Below the pieces are notes generated by a model that worked only from the letters and a program-made list of their open reading frames with translations, ran no database searches and was not told the origin of the DNA. DNA of 60,790 bases, the filler included, from Sphacelaria rigidula (Eukaryota): the NCBI GenBank assembly GCA_964200075.2. It is 9 parts of 9 records of this genome, joined end to end, with 100 filler letters (N's around TTAATTAATTAA, not from the genome) between each part and the next. Parts side by side here need not be neighbours in the genome. Positions count along the whole stretch, not along the records: positions 1 to 6,667 come from CAXNAA020018741.1; positions 6,768 to 13,434 come from CAXNAA020018742.1; 7 more parts are not named here. One strand, 5' to 3'. Shown here in pieces: positions 1-13,434 of the stretch (the first letter of the stretch is position 1; every line of letters starts with the position of its first letter). Position numbers and translations under genes: made by a program.

Positions 1-2988
1 AGAAGGGATCAAAGAAATGAAAAATACAGAAGCAAAAGCTGTAAGGTTCATTTCTGTCATATGAGAAAAAAAAAAAAAAAGGTATATACCGAGGATCTCA
101 GATCCATCTGGGATATCTGTCTTGGAACATCCATCAGGAATATCAATTTGATATATGACCTCTCATCATTTGAGATATTCAACCCAGACATGGGCACTCA
201 CGTGATATATCCATGTGGGACTCCATCTGAGATGCCCGTCTCTGCGTATACCGCATGACGTTACAACAGCTCGCAGTATTCAAGAACGTCCCGGATGGAC
301 ATCCCAGTCCATATCCCAGACGAATCCTCCTCAGGTCTCGGATGGACGTCTTCAAGTAATGTTCGGGGCGATTATCTATGTCCCAGACAAAGGTACGCAT
401 CCCAGATGGGCGTTCATATTCGATGGATATCCAGGATGGACTAGAGATCCCAGACTAATATGCAATCCAGATCGATGTCCACGTCCTACCACACGTCCTG
501 CTGGGATCCCTCGGGTTCGGATGGTCGCCCCAGATCGGTTCAAAACTCGAAGTGTTCGTCCCAGGCGGGTATTCATATTGCAAATGGAGCCGGGATGATA
601 AATGCAGGATCCCGGATACGATCCCTCGATTGAAACACACAGAGACGCGTGTATGACGTGCAAGAGCGCATTGGGCCGCAGTCGAGTGCACTATGACCAA
701 ATCGTGGCACGGCGCACCATGATATTACGGGGAACAAGGAGGGAATGGTCCACACGCTCGCGTGCGACGTCATGATCCCAAGTTCCCAGTGACCATGGTC
801 GCATACGTTGCTGTTGCGTTCGGCCATCAGATATTGGGACAAGAAGTGTCTCGCGCGTGCTGTCGTGGGCATCCACCATGTATATCGTCTTAAATATGCC
901 TCGTGCATCATTACTAGTTGAAACATCGTCGTACGCGTCCCGCTCCCTCATCCCCTCACCCCAACCGTACCGTTGGTCACTCACTGAAGTACATGCACAG
1001 ACGGCAGCACTACGGAGAAACATCACAGATCACAACAATACATAAACATTGTTCTGTTGACTTCTCCTCCAACGAGAGCCTTTCCCGACAACGGTCGATG
1101 TTAAAGCTCTAGAATAGAAAACCGAACACCATTCAGCACGCAAAAAAAAAAACATATGCGAACACACACCGAAAACGCCTGCAGAGAGCGTGCACCACCA
1201 TACACTACCTTTCCCGCCGACCATCATGTGTTTTTTCTCTCCTGTCTATCTCAGTTGAGGAATGGCTGATGAAACCACAAGTTGAATACACGATCGTACA
1301 TGTCTTATCTGTATTCTAAAGTAGCACGTTTTACGCACATGCGCCACTATTATTGCCGTCCTCCATCCATTATTTTTCGCTTGACAGCTGGCGCCCGGTG
1401 CAGTCAACAGTACTAGCTACGACTGTACTACCGCCGATTGATGTGTCACCCCATTTGAACAGTCGACATCCCCACCCACCTTCAACCCGGATGGGGTATA
1501 AACACAGCCGGTGGGTGTGACGGCGAATCTCTATACTATCACAGTTTCCACAAGCACGTCTAGCCGGCAAGGTTTTGAAGCACCTACCGAAAACAACCAA
1601 ACAGAAACGAAACACAAACAAAATAAATAAGGGATAAGGTTTTTTTTAAAAGCTACATATCCGTTTGTCTCTGCATCCCCAATATTCATGTGCCAATGTG
1701 TCTGGGGTTGCTTACCGAAACATACAACATGTCCCTGCGCATGCCTTCCAGAATTTGTCCTCCCCCTGCCCTCAAAGTAAACAGACAGAAGAGTGCAAAG
1801 CACATGCACGCGTCACGCCAATACCACAAACAATACCCACTTTCGCCAGCACAAATCACGACACATCACACACGAACCCTTTCAACTGCTCCTGTCACTT
1901 GCGACCCACCGCGACGACAGAAGAAAGCAACAACACAGACGGACTTCCATCCTATATCCATACTACATAGCAGTTCAGGACTACTGAAATTGTAGCTGTA
2001 CACTACATACATACGATATCGACCCGCAATGTAAAATGCACGCGACCGTCCAAAACCGCTACAGTGCGTGTGTTCTTGTGTCCACCTTGTACCCACGCCT
2101 TGATTCTCAAAAAAGCAAAACGGTCGCATGCAATCATGCTTGCAGCGTGTAAAACAACGATATAATCACAAAGCTCTCGTCAAAAACCCCAACATTCTAC
2201 CCCCACAAAATAATTTTTTATGCTCTACATCTTAAGAGCCTCTTGCTCCACAACAACAGCCAACCCAAAAAATTGTATATTTATTTCGTCAACATCGAAT
2301 TTACATTTTTTCATCAAATGTGGCCCAGTCCCCGACTGAGTGGAGGATGCTTCGTCAATTCCTGTGGGATATGCCAGCCGGTGGAACACCGCAACCACGG
2401 GGCACCATCGTGCGGCGCCTCACCGACATAAACCATTCAAAAGTATGGAAGAGTACAATCAAGTCGTCTATACATGCTGCCAATGAAATGGCAACGCGAC
2501 CACGTTGAGGCGACGTGTAGCCTTTACAAGGCGCGCCGGTCAATACAACGGCAACGCCGGCAATAGGAGAGAAACTCTAAGGGCAATACCCAGGACAACA
2601 AAAGTCGATGCAGAACACGTCACCACGAGTGTAATCTTGCGAGTCACCCTTGACCACAACTCGCCGCACGTTGCCAGCAGCTACTTACGAAATCCTACAC
2701 ACTACAAATCTTGTGGACCGCACACAGCGTTCGCGCAATGCCCGCATGCACATTGCGCAGGAAAAAGGCAGAAAAAATCTGCTTCCTTCAAGACAAAAGC
2801 ATCTAAACGACCTCGATCGACACCTTGTAATTTACTACAAGTACACGACATCAAAACATCTAGCCCCGTCAAATCACCTGCCGTGTGAACGAAAACAGAA
2901 CCCATGGAAGGACAGATGCGCACGAAAACGTGTCAAGAGCGATCGCTTCCGCCACCCCTCCCGCCGTATCCAAACCATGTCAACATAC

Positions 2989-5839
2989 CGCCTCCAGCAC
3001 GCGCGTTGCTCACAACTGGAGGAGCTTCTGATGCTCTGCCATTTTTCCCGCGATCTGCTTCCCCGGTACCGTGCGCACTCGCCGACGCGCTTGTGGGTTT
3101 CCTGCCTTGTGATCCAACACCCACTCCCTCATCTTCTCTAGCGCACGGTGCTTTTGGAATACGGTACTTTGCGGCAGCAACCGTCGGCGCTGCCGCCGAC
3201 CGACTCTTGACGCCAGACGCCACATGCAATCCCTCTTTTCTCACGTCCTGAAGCGCATGGTCGTTGCTACCACCGGCAGCAGCAGCGGCGGTGGGTATTT
3301 CCGTCAGCGTTTCGACATCGACTCGATCAGCCATCGCCACCGCTTCTTCAGCAGCCGCAACCGGCTCCTTTTCTTCAGCTGCGGTGGTCGCAGCGGCGGC
3401 TTTTGTCGGCTGAGCTGCAGCCGATGTGTCAGCCGCGGCGTCGGCGTGTGCCTTCTTCTCTTTGGAAGCAGCCTTGAGCAGCACGTAGCGCTGCACGCTA
3501 GCCATGGAAGCGCGGGCTGGATTCTCGCCGTTCTCGAGTGCGGTGGCGAAGCCGCCGTCCGCAAATGCGGCCTTTGCCAGCGCTTTCGCCTTGGCCAGTA
3601 TGACCGCATGATCGTCGCTAAGACCGGCAGTCGCGCCGGTAGCCGGTGAGGGCGTGCGCGGTGAGGCACTCGCCGCCGTCGCTTTAGAAGCTTCTCCCGA
3701 ACCGCTAGAAGATTTATTTGCGTCCGTGTTTGGGGATGCAGTACTACCTGTGCGGCGGCCGGGAGCTGTGCTGGACCGTGTAACGCGCGCCGACGCCGCC
3801 GCCTCCACGGAGGTCCCACCAGCGCCACTAGACACTGCTTGCACTTCGGCGGGAGGGGTCCTCGCAGCAGCCGTGCTTGAGCGCGTCATGCGAGTGCGGT
3901 GAGCAGCAGAAGAAGATACAGGACCAACGGTGGCGGTCTGTGCGCCGAAAGCAGCGCCAGTTACAGCACCACCGGCACCAGTGGCACTGTTGGTCACGGC
4001 CAGGCCCATCTGCAAAGCCACCCGACTTTGTTTTGTTGTTGCGACACTCCCTGTTGCTGTTGCGGCGACGATGCTGGACGTGGTCGCAAAAGTAGAAGTA
4101 ATTTCAGAAGGTGAACTTGGGCCGTTGGGCGTGATATCCATGTCGTCGGATCGGCGCGCCACCGCGATGTCTCCCAGAGACTGTCCCACCGATCCATCTT
4201 CAGTTCCGGCGGCGGCATTACAGGTGGCACTTGCGACAGCAGGATTCGTGGCGGAAATGCTCGCCACAGCGACGTTTTGGCCGACATCCACATCCCTGCC
4301 TTCCGGATCGACATCGTCGCTCACGACCTCTGATGAGTCTTGCTTCGAATCAGTCGCTCGCGACCTTGTTCCTGAAGCAGCGGCGGCGGCGATCGGCGCA
4401 TTTGAAATATTCGCACCAGACTCATCCGCGGGTGCCGGAGGATGGTGCTCCGCGCCGGCGGCTGTTTCAGACCCCGCTGCGGCCACAACAACAGGTGCGG
4501 GGGTAGGCGCGACGACGTCTGGACACTGTGCATGCGGTGAGGCGTTACCAACGCCCGGCGAGTCTCCTACAACGATGCTGACGTCCGCCGTCGCCCCTGC
4601 CTCTCTCGCCGCTGCAGAACCCGGGGAATTCTCTTCCTGTCTCTGCGGAGCGGCGGCAGCAGCAGCGGCAGTGGCAGAAGACGATGCAACAACACCGTGC
4701 CGCTTGTCCGAGGCGTGTTCGCCGTTCAACGATTCGACGTTGACACGCACGCTACTACCGCCCGACGCTGCGGCCACGGTTGCCTCATCAGGGGAAGGTA
4801 CCGCGGAATTCCTCGACCGCATCCCCCCAGCAACGGACGCCGGGCTGCCGATGCCCCCACCCCTAGATGATGTTTCGGACGACGCATGGACTACCGCAGC
4901 TTCCGAGGGCCACAGCACGACTCCGGGGGGTGGTGATGCGGAGGCGCCGCCGCCGGCTGCGGAAGAGCGGTATGGAAAGCGACCCCGGTCACCAAAGCCT
5001 CCGTCGTTGCTGCCGCCGCTGCCGTCGCCGTCACTACCGCCGTCGTTACCTCCGACGCCGACCAGCTCAGAGCGTTTGACACCCGACGGACGAGGACCCG
5101 TGTCGCCGCCGCCATTGACCATGTTGTCAGTGACGCTGGAGTACGGTTCGAGGCGTGCAGCAGGAGTAGCATCTGCACCTGCACCTGCACCTATATCCGC
5201 ATGCACGCCTTCATATGCGTACACCGAGCGTGAAGGCGGAGGCATCGAAGGCTCGGTATGCACCGAGCTAAGCGCCGCTGTAGACTCCGGATGAATACGC
5301 CGGGGCACTGGGACGCCGATGTAGCGGTACACTGCCCCCGCGCCTGTCTCGGCGGCGGCGGAGGAGGAGTTGAAAGCGATAGCTGCGGAAGCGGAGGCGG
5401 AGGTGGAGGCGGCGGCAACGACATTGCCATGATCAGCATTGCGGACCTGTGGAGAGAACACCGTAGACCTCTTCTCTTCCCTGCCAGCTGTTTCGGGTGA
5501 CGGGGGAGCTGATTCCCTTGCGGCGCGTGGGGGCAGTGGTGCAGCTGATCCTGCCGTAAAACCCGCGAAGCTGTTCTCCAAATTGTTGTTCCCCACAGCC
5601 GACGGGACTGGACAACGGTCCGGAAGGTATTGAGACTGGCCCTCGTTGGCGGAGACAGTGCCGTTGGAGTGCCGAGCGGGATCTGCGGTAGCTTGCGGCG
5701 AATACTGTGACTGCTGCTGCGACTGCTGCGGTGGCGAGTTGCGGTGCTGCTGCTGTTGTTGGCTGTGGTGCTGGTGGTGATGATGGTGTTGTTGGTGCTT
5801 TTGGTACGGCGCTGTGTCGCACGGGGGTGACGAGTACAT
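2989..5839 (-). CDS. Large exon of an uncharacterised low-complexity (Ala/Ser/Gly/Thr-rich, poly-Q/H) probably disordered protein, ~950 aa
   Basis: 1030-codon ORF 2933-6025, GC-rich. Likely start ATG at 5839 (MYSSPP..., followed by a Q/H tract). Consensus donor G|GTATGT at 2988. A phase-compatible candidate last exon is 1387-1350 (AVKRKIMDGGRQ*), which is speculative. Unspliced, it would stop at 2933. Confidence 0.75.
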
Positions 5840-6667
5840 GAGCGCGAAGATCCTGCAAAATCGTTTGGGGTATGATACAAAAATCGTGAGTAGAAGAGGC
5901 GGACTTTGGTCGATGTTAGTCAGTAGGTTGCTGCGTGTATTCTCCGCCGAGTACAAGTTTTGCTGGGGACTTCTCCGAGCGGAATCTGCCACGCAAAGTG
6001 CTGCAAGATTCTGGTTTGGCACCAAAGCATAAGTTCATCCGAACCGAAACGCCATGAGACCGAGTGCAGGCGAATAGCATCACTCGTTGGTGCACCCCGA
6101 CACGGTAGAATCATACGCCGTACATGAACATCGAAGTTGACTTCCGATACCGAGGTTCCCCCTTCGGACACGGCGCGAGCCCGATCAGGAATTGCAGCTA
6201 CCCTTGATTTCCCTGCAAAGTGCTGCACTGCAGCCGGTCAAAATCTCCAAGTGCTCAAGTCCAAAATAATTCATGGTTAGGTCGCTATCAACGTTATATG
6301 AGCTGACCTTTCGCCCACGTACAAATAAAAGCTCACCCCTACCCCCTCGAAATGTTTTGGCTGCGAAACGTTTGTACCTTCTCTGCCGCAAGCGCATTCG
6401 TGATCAACATCACAAAGCACAAAACAATCGCATCAGCGTACGTACACGGGACTCCCTAACAAGGAGACAAAATGCCGTATTTCGCAGTCAACGGATGAAT
6501 CAAATTCAATCGCATTTGACTTCCGATCGAACGCTGAACAGGCGAACCCATTTCGCCGATACTGACTACTTTCGCGTGGAGGGGGGGGGGGGGGGGGGGG
6601 TTGGCAGCCCGCCGCCGCCCCCTTCCAGCTGAGTTTTTCCTCAATAATGTTTGTTGCGGGTTTGAGG

Positions 6668-6767
6668 NNNNNNNNNNNNNNNNNNNNNNNNNNNNNNNNN
6701 NNNNNNNNNNNTTAATTAATTAANNNNNNNNNNNNNNNNNNNNNNNNNNNNNNNNNNNNNNNNNNNN
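6668..6767. other. Artificial contig-joining linker (N44-TTAATTAATTAA-N44); identical linkers at 13435-13534, 20201-20300, 26967-27066, 33733-33832, 40498-40597, 47263-47362, 54027-54126
   Basis: Eight identical 100-nt spacers with a palindromic 12-mer giving stops in all six frames; the segments between them fall steadily in length from 6667 to 6664 bp. Confidence 0.98.
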
Positions 6768-8564
6768 AGGCCAGTGGATTCTGGAGAAGTCCCTCACTGA
6801 ATAGCCCTCTTGTCCAGATCGTCTGGCAGAGGCTATAGTCCCAAAAGTGAACAATCCTTAGGTCGAAAATCTGTGTGCCATAACATCCGGCCTGCACATC
6901 ATAGATTTTCTCAGAACTTCAGAACTTCACTCTGAAATCAAGGAAAATCGAGTACCATCCATGGTTCAGGTACTTTTCTTCAGGTCTACTCTCAGTCTAC
7001 TAGATTATCTTCGAGTTGTGCCGTTGGTGTTCGACATCTCGGATACAGCGCTGATCTCGTTCTTGTCTCGCCTCCGCCGGTAGAGTGAAGGACAGGATAC
7101 TTCTGCCTGGTCGTGTATGGCGTTCAGACCTACGATGAAGATATTTGTCGCAATCTCTCTGTGACATGGGGGGGCAGTCGGAAAGGCAGGAGTGTGATCG
7201 ATCGGCCCTCCCAGAATACATCACACACAAACGAAATGGCAATGGCCTAGAAAAGTTATACCTTCTCGTTTTTTGCCCAAGAAAGGTACGAAAAATGACC
7301 AGAAACGCGAATGACCGTTTTCGCTCCGGAGGTTTCACGCACATCATTCGGGGGGCGCGTTGGCACTTGGGAATCGAAAAATAAACGGATACGAAACATG
7401 TTACTCGAGAGATATCGCCGCGCGAAAACGGATATTTCGCCTCCAGAAACCGCTTACCTATTTTTGTAGGCCACGTTTCGCCGAGGTATACCTGATCTAG
7501 GAACTATTTTTCAATCGTACCTTATCTGGGCCACCGATCGGCCGAGAACGTACCTCCGCTAGGCCATCGCTCTCTACACTTTACCAGGGAGTCTACGCGC
7601 CAACTCCAACCATGGCGCCCACACATTCGGCTCTTTTTTTTGCTCATTTGCCGTTCACGGTCGCCACAACGACCAAGCCCCTTTCTCCCCGGAAACGGTT
7701 CCCGAGTCTCTCCGCATCGACACAACAACTGGACTCGCAACTTACAACGCGTCGTCGGTTCTTTGTGATGCGGGAGATGTGAACATCGTATACTGTTCTG
7801 ATCTTAGGGCTGGTCTTACGATCAAGCTAGGCTCTTCCGTTACGAACGGACGGTTGTCGCATCATCGATGGCTGGTTCAAGCAACGGATACAGTACTGGC
7901 GGTGACGCATATAGAAACAAGAACAGAACACTAATAACGGGTGTAAGTCGCTCAACGCACGCACACCCCACCGAGCCCGCGTGAGTCGTCCTTAGGAGTA
8001 CTTCAAACTGCTCAATTAAGCCGAACATCATGGCACCCATCTCCTTCCCTCCGTCTCCGCTGCTACCATAATGTAGTAGCGATCGGGCCGCCTGAGAAGC
8101 TCACTTTCCTTTAGCTCGTTCAAATTGACGATATCTCGCGAATTGTGCAAATAGAGATGACCAGCGATGGCCTACAAATGTCCATCGTTGATATTTGTGG
8201 AGATTGCCATTTGGGCATGTGCGGAGAGATTTCCTTTTATGACGTGTAACCTACTGAACGGCTGTTGTTACAGGGGTAAGTTCGCAGGAGCCCCGAAACT
8301 TCCATATCTGTACAGCCGGATCGGGGACCCCAAGGTAACAGGGATCTTCCCAGCAAACTACTGGCTATCCCTGGAGATCACTCTTGACCGAAACTCTCAG
8401 ACTCGTCATCGGGCTAACTCGCTCGCGCTCGTCGAGCTTTCCCGAGTGATCCACTTTGCCTCAACCCCACGACTTACGGTCAATCCTTGACTACATAACC
8501 CGAGGGAAATCATCGACCACCTTCGACGGTTTCTACCGTTACCGGGAGTCTCACGACTTCCACA
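6768..8564 (-). mobile_element. 5' part of a decayed LTR retrotransposon: LTR ~8072-8564 (TG...CA), PBS, degenerate internal region running to the contig end
   Basis: Minus strand reads TGTGGAAG...CTACTACA, then TTA, then TGGTAGCAGCGG. No intact ORF downstream. The outer LTR boundary rests only on the TG dinucleotide because no second LTR is present. Confidence 0.6.
8057..8068 (-). other. Primer-binding site complementary to the 3' end of initiator tRNA-Met
   Basis: TGGTAGCAGCGG lies 3 nt after a terminal CA; TGGTAGCAG matches the ...CTGCTACCA end of eukaryotic tRNA-iMet. Confidence 0.7.
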
Positions 8565-9009
8565 TTGGCGAACACCAGTTTAGTAGACACGTCTGGGGGG
8601 CACACTAAATATTTTTTAGCTAAGGCAGAAACAGCGACACGTACTACACCGGTCCAGGCGCTCGTAAGCACAAACAACAAGATGTTGCTTGGACGCCAGG
8701 GAAGCCAGGGCTGTGCAAGGAGTGCAATAGCAGATGAAATGCATGAGTCATGTGCACAATGCTTTCGGTTGAGAGGTCAGAGTGGTCATGTATTCAGGTC
8801 AGCGCGAAATCAGCCTCTGTAGGGTGCATCACGTGCCACCTTCATGGCTTGTCAAATTGCAAAACCACACCCATCAACGCACCTCTCACCACCGCGTACT
8901 AGAGGCACGGCAATCAGTCAAGCAAACCGACCTCTACAAACGCGGTGATTCGAGATAGCACCGAAAAAAGTAGTACCCGACCTGCATATGCACTACCTAC
9001 ATATCCGAC

Positions 9010-9320
9010 CATTTAGCACGCGCAAGGTGTACAAACGGTTTTGCCGCATCTCACAGCTCACAAGTTGACAGGAGTTGCAAATTGCAGACAGTTTGAAAGT
9101 TCACATCACAAAACGCATGCAAATGGAGGTGTATAGGTGGAACTACCCAATCTGCGAATTCACTACCTTATCATACCCTTCCATTTAGCAAGCGAAATAA
9201 GGTGTATGGACGGCCTTGCCGCATCTCACAGCTCACAAGTTGAGAGGAGTTGCAAAATACAGACGGTTCAATACTCAACATCACAGAACGCATGCAACAA
9301 GAGAGAGGTGTATAGGGGGG
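9010..9320. repeat. Diverged tandem duplication, period ~175 bp
   Basis: GCCGCATCTCACAGCTCACAAGTTGA(C/G)AGGAGTTGCAAA...GAGGTGTATAGG occurs at ~9043 and ~9219. Confidence 0.8.
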
Positions 9321-9549
9321 GGGGAAACCCATAATCACAAACTCTTGAAATTAAGAGGGAGTACACACAGTCCGATAGCACCCAAGAGTCGAGAAAAAAA
9401 AAAAACGGAGTGCGGTGTGTAATATGAACAGCCTTCATATTTCGACTCATCTCCTAAGCAGCCTTTGCAATACAGCCGTCGAACAAGCAATGTGTCCACG
9501 GTCGTTCAACAGAATAGCTCAACTCGCGGACTGATATTATGTTGCATGT

Positions 9550-10450
9550 TACTCGGTACCCCAACGGACGGATGGCGTTACATTATGGGTTGACGCCTCT
9601 TCAACCTGCCGCCAGAGTGAAGAGCAAGGCTGTAGGCAAGGGTCGTTGATTTCAAATCGGATCTACTCATATTCACTTCAAAAGATCATCCGGTCACATG
9701 CACGCGGATATTTTGATCTGGATATTTAAATGAAGAAATTACGGTTCGCCACCGGAAATTGTGGATAATTTACCGATGAACGAATAGTGGATTCATCTGT
9801 TTGACCTCGTGATACCGTAGAGGGTTTACCCTACTGACTCGAACGCATGCTCAAGCTCTAAAAACGGCGTCGTCGGTCGTGATCCCTGAACCATCGACAG
9901 TAGAGCTTGGACCAAAACAGTACCTCAGACACGCGCTGTCAGCGAATGGTATCGAAGTAGGAGATGACCAAACCGACCAGCAGCGCAAGCACTTACTTTC
10001 AGTGATCGGCACGATTCCCTTCGTAAGGTAACTTGCACCGAACCTCGTAGAAGTGACTGCGCAGCACTAAACGTTGGAAGCCTGAACATGACGCAGCCTT
10101 GTAGAACATAACGGTTTCTGACAAGCACACTGGTCCTTAATTTCCTAGAATTTTCAAAGCCATCCAACCAGAGGCGTCAACGGGAGAGGCCGGCTTGATT
10201 TCGATCTAATAGAAGGCGACGAGGTGTGCTCATAACATGTATCAGCCAACGTTTGAACCACGCTCCGCGGCAGTACTCTGTGAGACCCAGGGAATGTTAT
10301 GTAGGGTGAAAAAAAAAACCATACATCAAGGCGCCCCGTTTTATGGGGATCGACATTCTATACCTGGGTGACGGATCATGCCACACTGAAATTTCTGTAG
10401 AGTGTGTGAGCGAGAAGAGCAACTACCATAGAATCTATCAAAGATGGAGG
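9550..10450 (+). pseudogene. Highly degenerate Ty3/gypsy RT-RNase H remnant, a relative of the downstream pol
   Basis: Frame-shifted peptides YLRHALSANGIEVGDD, KHLLSVIGTIPFVR, LTSTLVLNFLEFSK, SQRLNHAPRQYSVRPRECY and WVTDHATLKFL line up in order with YLGYTLSADGIKTGED, KQLRSVLGAINFVR, LTTAPVLHFPVFSK, SQRFNHAQRYYFATLKECY and FTCVT of the 10503 ORF. Confidence 0.75.
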
Positions 10451-10502
10451 TTCAAAGGTAGCACGCGTTACTCAAAAGTACGGAAAATCGAGGGAAAATA
10501 CT

Positions 10503-13434
10503 GTGCACCACGAAACGGGTGCCGACCCTCTGGTGGGAAATAAAAGGGGCAAGAAACATGTGCGGTTTGCTAGCCAAGGCGTAGCTTCTTCTGTGAGGTC
10601 ATGTAAGAGAGTACATGTGGAAAGGGTTGCAGTTGCAAAGGCTAGAACAAAAAAGCAAGTGGGGAATACAACAGGTCAAAATCAGATGTTACGTGGGAAG
10701 CATCGCCAACTGGAAATTGCGCCCCAAGCTGCTTTTGTAACCAAGACGCCTCGGAAAAATATTGAAAAGCGCAGATCCAAATGTTTGCCCCCAGGCTCGG
10801 CAGAATTCGAGCCTTTCTTCATGTCGTCGTTGGCCCGCTACCCTAGGAAGCCGGCAACCTTACGACCTGCATCAGCTAGAGTGCAGGTTCCCGCCAGAGT
10901 CAACGGAATGGAGGTTCCGGCCATAACCATTGATCGTGCTTCGGATCTTCCCATCATCAGTCTCAAGTTCATTCATGCACATCCTACTTTGAGAGAGCAG
11001 GACATTCAATCCGTCCCATCGCGTTCTAAAGATCTACGAAGTGCTGACGGTTCCCAAATCACGATAAAGGGATTCATTCGCTTTGACCTCACGTTGGGTG
11101 ACATAATCTTGCCCGTTGAAGCATTTGTCCTCAGGAATCTCGGGCCAGGTCTCATGCTGATAGAGAATTCGGTGATGAGCGCATTTGGCGGGATTCTTGA
11201 TTGGCAGGAAGAAACCCTGGCGTTTCGTAGTTCAACAATTCGCCTGACAGCTACTCATCAAAGAAGAGACAGAAAATTTCATCCGAAGTTTTCAGAATAT
11301 GATTATTGTTCTGTCATACGGGTAGCATCGGCTGAAAATGTACCGGTGTACCTCTCAAAAAGATGCTCCGTCCCGCCGCGAAGTGAGATGGCTCTCTTGG
11401 TCGAAACAAATGAGCCGCCAAAACTTACGACTGAAGCGGTCATTGAGCCAAGAATTGTAACGAGGGAAGACCTCCAATCCAACAAAGTACCGGATGCTTT
11501 TAGCCGCCTCATTGTAGCACGCACAGCCTGTATCTGGTCAGCGGTTGACAAAACAGCTATGGTACAAGTAGCGAACCCGTCGAATAGACACGTCCAACTC
11601 CCAAGAAATTTACTTTTGGGACACATCACACAAGTCGAAAAAAATGACCCGACGGGAAACGCCGGTGAACTTTCACAAGTTGAAACAAATAACCCGACGG
11701 AAAACGTCAGTGCAATTTCACAAGCTGAACGGCAAAATACTGACGCCCGAGAAGAACTTACAATAGCGCTCCAAAATGCATTTAAAGATAGCACGTTTTC
11801 TGAAAATCAGAAGAGTCAAGTGCTCGACCTATGCATCAAATTCAGGTCCGTCTTCTCACTGTCACAACGAGAATTACGTTGTTGTACAATTGGGGGAGCA
11901 ACTTTTCCCCTTGTCCCGGGTACCAAGCCCGTCGATCGGGCCCCGTACAGAGCCAACCCCAGAATTCAACAAGTCATTGACAACTGTGTACAGGAGATGG
12001 AAAAAGACGGCATAATCGAACAGAGACCCAGCCCATGGGGCTCGGCAGTGACGATCGTAGCTAAACATGATGGTACTGCCCGATGTTGTGTTGACTACAG
12101 ATCCACGCTCAATAAAAGTCTTGTGCGCAAGTCATGGTCAATGCCTAATTTAGAAAGTCATGTAGATACGGTGGCAGGCGCCAAAATTTTCTCTGTCTTT
12201 GATGTACAGAGCGCGTTCCATCAGATGCCAATAGCGGAGGAGGAGAAAGAAAAAACGGCCTTTGTTACAGAGAAAAGTAAGTGGGTTTTCAACAGGCTAC
12301 CGTTCGGCCTGGCATCTTCCCCGTTCATTTTCTCGCGAATAATGGCTCTTACTTTCTCACACTTTGGACCCAGGAGCGGGCTGTTGGTGTACATGGATGA
12401 TTGGATCGCCTGCTCCTTCACATGGGAAAGTCATCTCACTCTACTGAAAGACATGTTCAAAGCACTGAAAAAAGCAGGTCTTACCCTAAAGCCCTCTAAA
12501 GCACAGTTTGGTCACAAGGAGGTCAAGTACCTCGGCTACACTTTGTCCGCTGACGGGATCAAAACTGGGGAAGACCGCGTAAAGGCCATCTTAGATTTAC
12601 CTACACCAATGAACATCAAACAATTACGTTCAGTGTTAGGGGCGATTAATTTTGTGAGAAAAGTTATTCCGAATATCGCACAGGTAATCGCCCCGTTGGT
12701 AGATCTAACGCAAAAAGAGGCAGCCAAGGAAGTAGCAAAACGCTGGAATCACGAACACGATGCAGCTTTTGCCGAAGTAAAAAAACTTCTCACCACCGCT
12801 CCTGTCCTTCACTTCCCCGTCTTTTCAAAGGAGTTCACCATCCAAGTTGACGCGTCTGGAGAGGGTGCTGGATCGGTGCTCACCCAAAATAATGGGGGCA
12901 AAACTGCAATCGTAGCGTATTTCAGTCAGCGTTTCAATCATGCTCAGCGGTACTACTTTGCTACACTCAAGGAATGTTATGCAGTGGTATTAACTATACA
13001 ACACTGGAGGCCTTTTTTATGGGGAAAACATTTCACGTGTGTGACACGATGACCTCTATTCCATGCAAGACACGAGCAATATGTTGACAAGATGGGCGAT
13101 AGCTTTACAGTCCTTCGACTTCACTGTGAGGCACAAACCGGGAAAATTAAATATCGTTCCGAACACTCTGTCAAGGCTCTTTCGGTGTGAAGAAGACCAG
13201 AATAATGGGGCCAAACCCCTGCTCGCGCCAATTTGTTGGAACATTCCAGAGGATCCCAAATTACACGCGAAGAAACCGCACCAACCGTTTCAAATTTCAG
13301 CAGATAAATTGGATAATCTCAAACCAGTACAGAGCGACAGAGAGCTGTTTACCGTCAAGGCTACCGAGTCATCCTACGATAGGGGGAGGGGTATTTTTGG
13401 GCCATTTGTTGCTCGAAATTTCGAGTCAGATTGT
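10503..13434 (+). mobile_element. pol: Ty3/gypsy pol (aspartic protease - RT - RNase H), defective, cut by the contig end before the integrase
   Basis: 849-aa ORF with RT motifs SPWGSAVTIV, CVDYR, FHQM, LPFGL and YMDD, and RNase H motifs VDAS, ECYAVV and WRPFLWG. The protease active site is degenerate (IDRA instead of D[ST]G). After a frameshift at ~13050 it continues as LTRWAIALQSFDFTVRHKPGKLN. Confidence 0.95.

Noticed and set aside
3930..5294. 454-aa plus-strand ORF and other ORFs overlapping 2933-6025
   Set aside because: Antisense or alternative-frame shadows of the GC-rich minus-strand exon.
6712..6723. Recurrent TTAATTAATTAA as a biological motif
   Set aside because: It is always centred in exactly 88 Ns, so it is an assembly linker.
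10285..10340. Gag CCHC zinc knuckle (ECY...H)
   Set aside because: The flanking peptides align with RNase H (QRFNHAQR...KECY...WRP.LWG...VTDH), so it belongs to the degenerate RT-RH copy.
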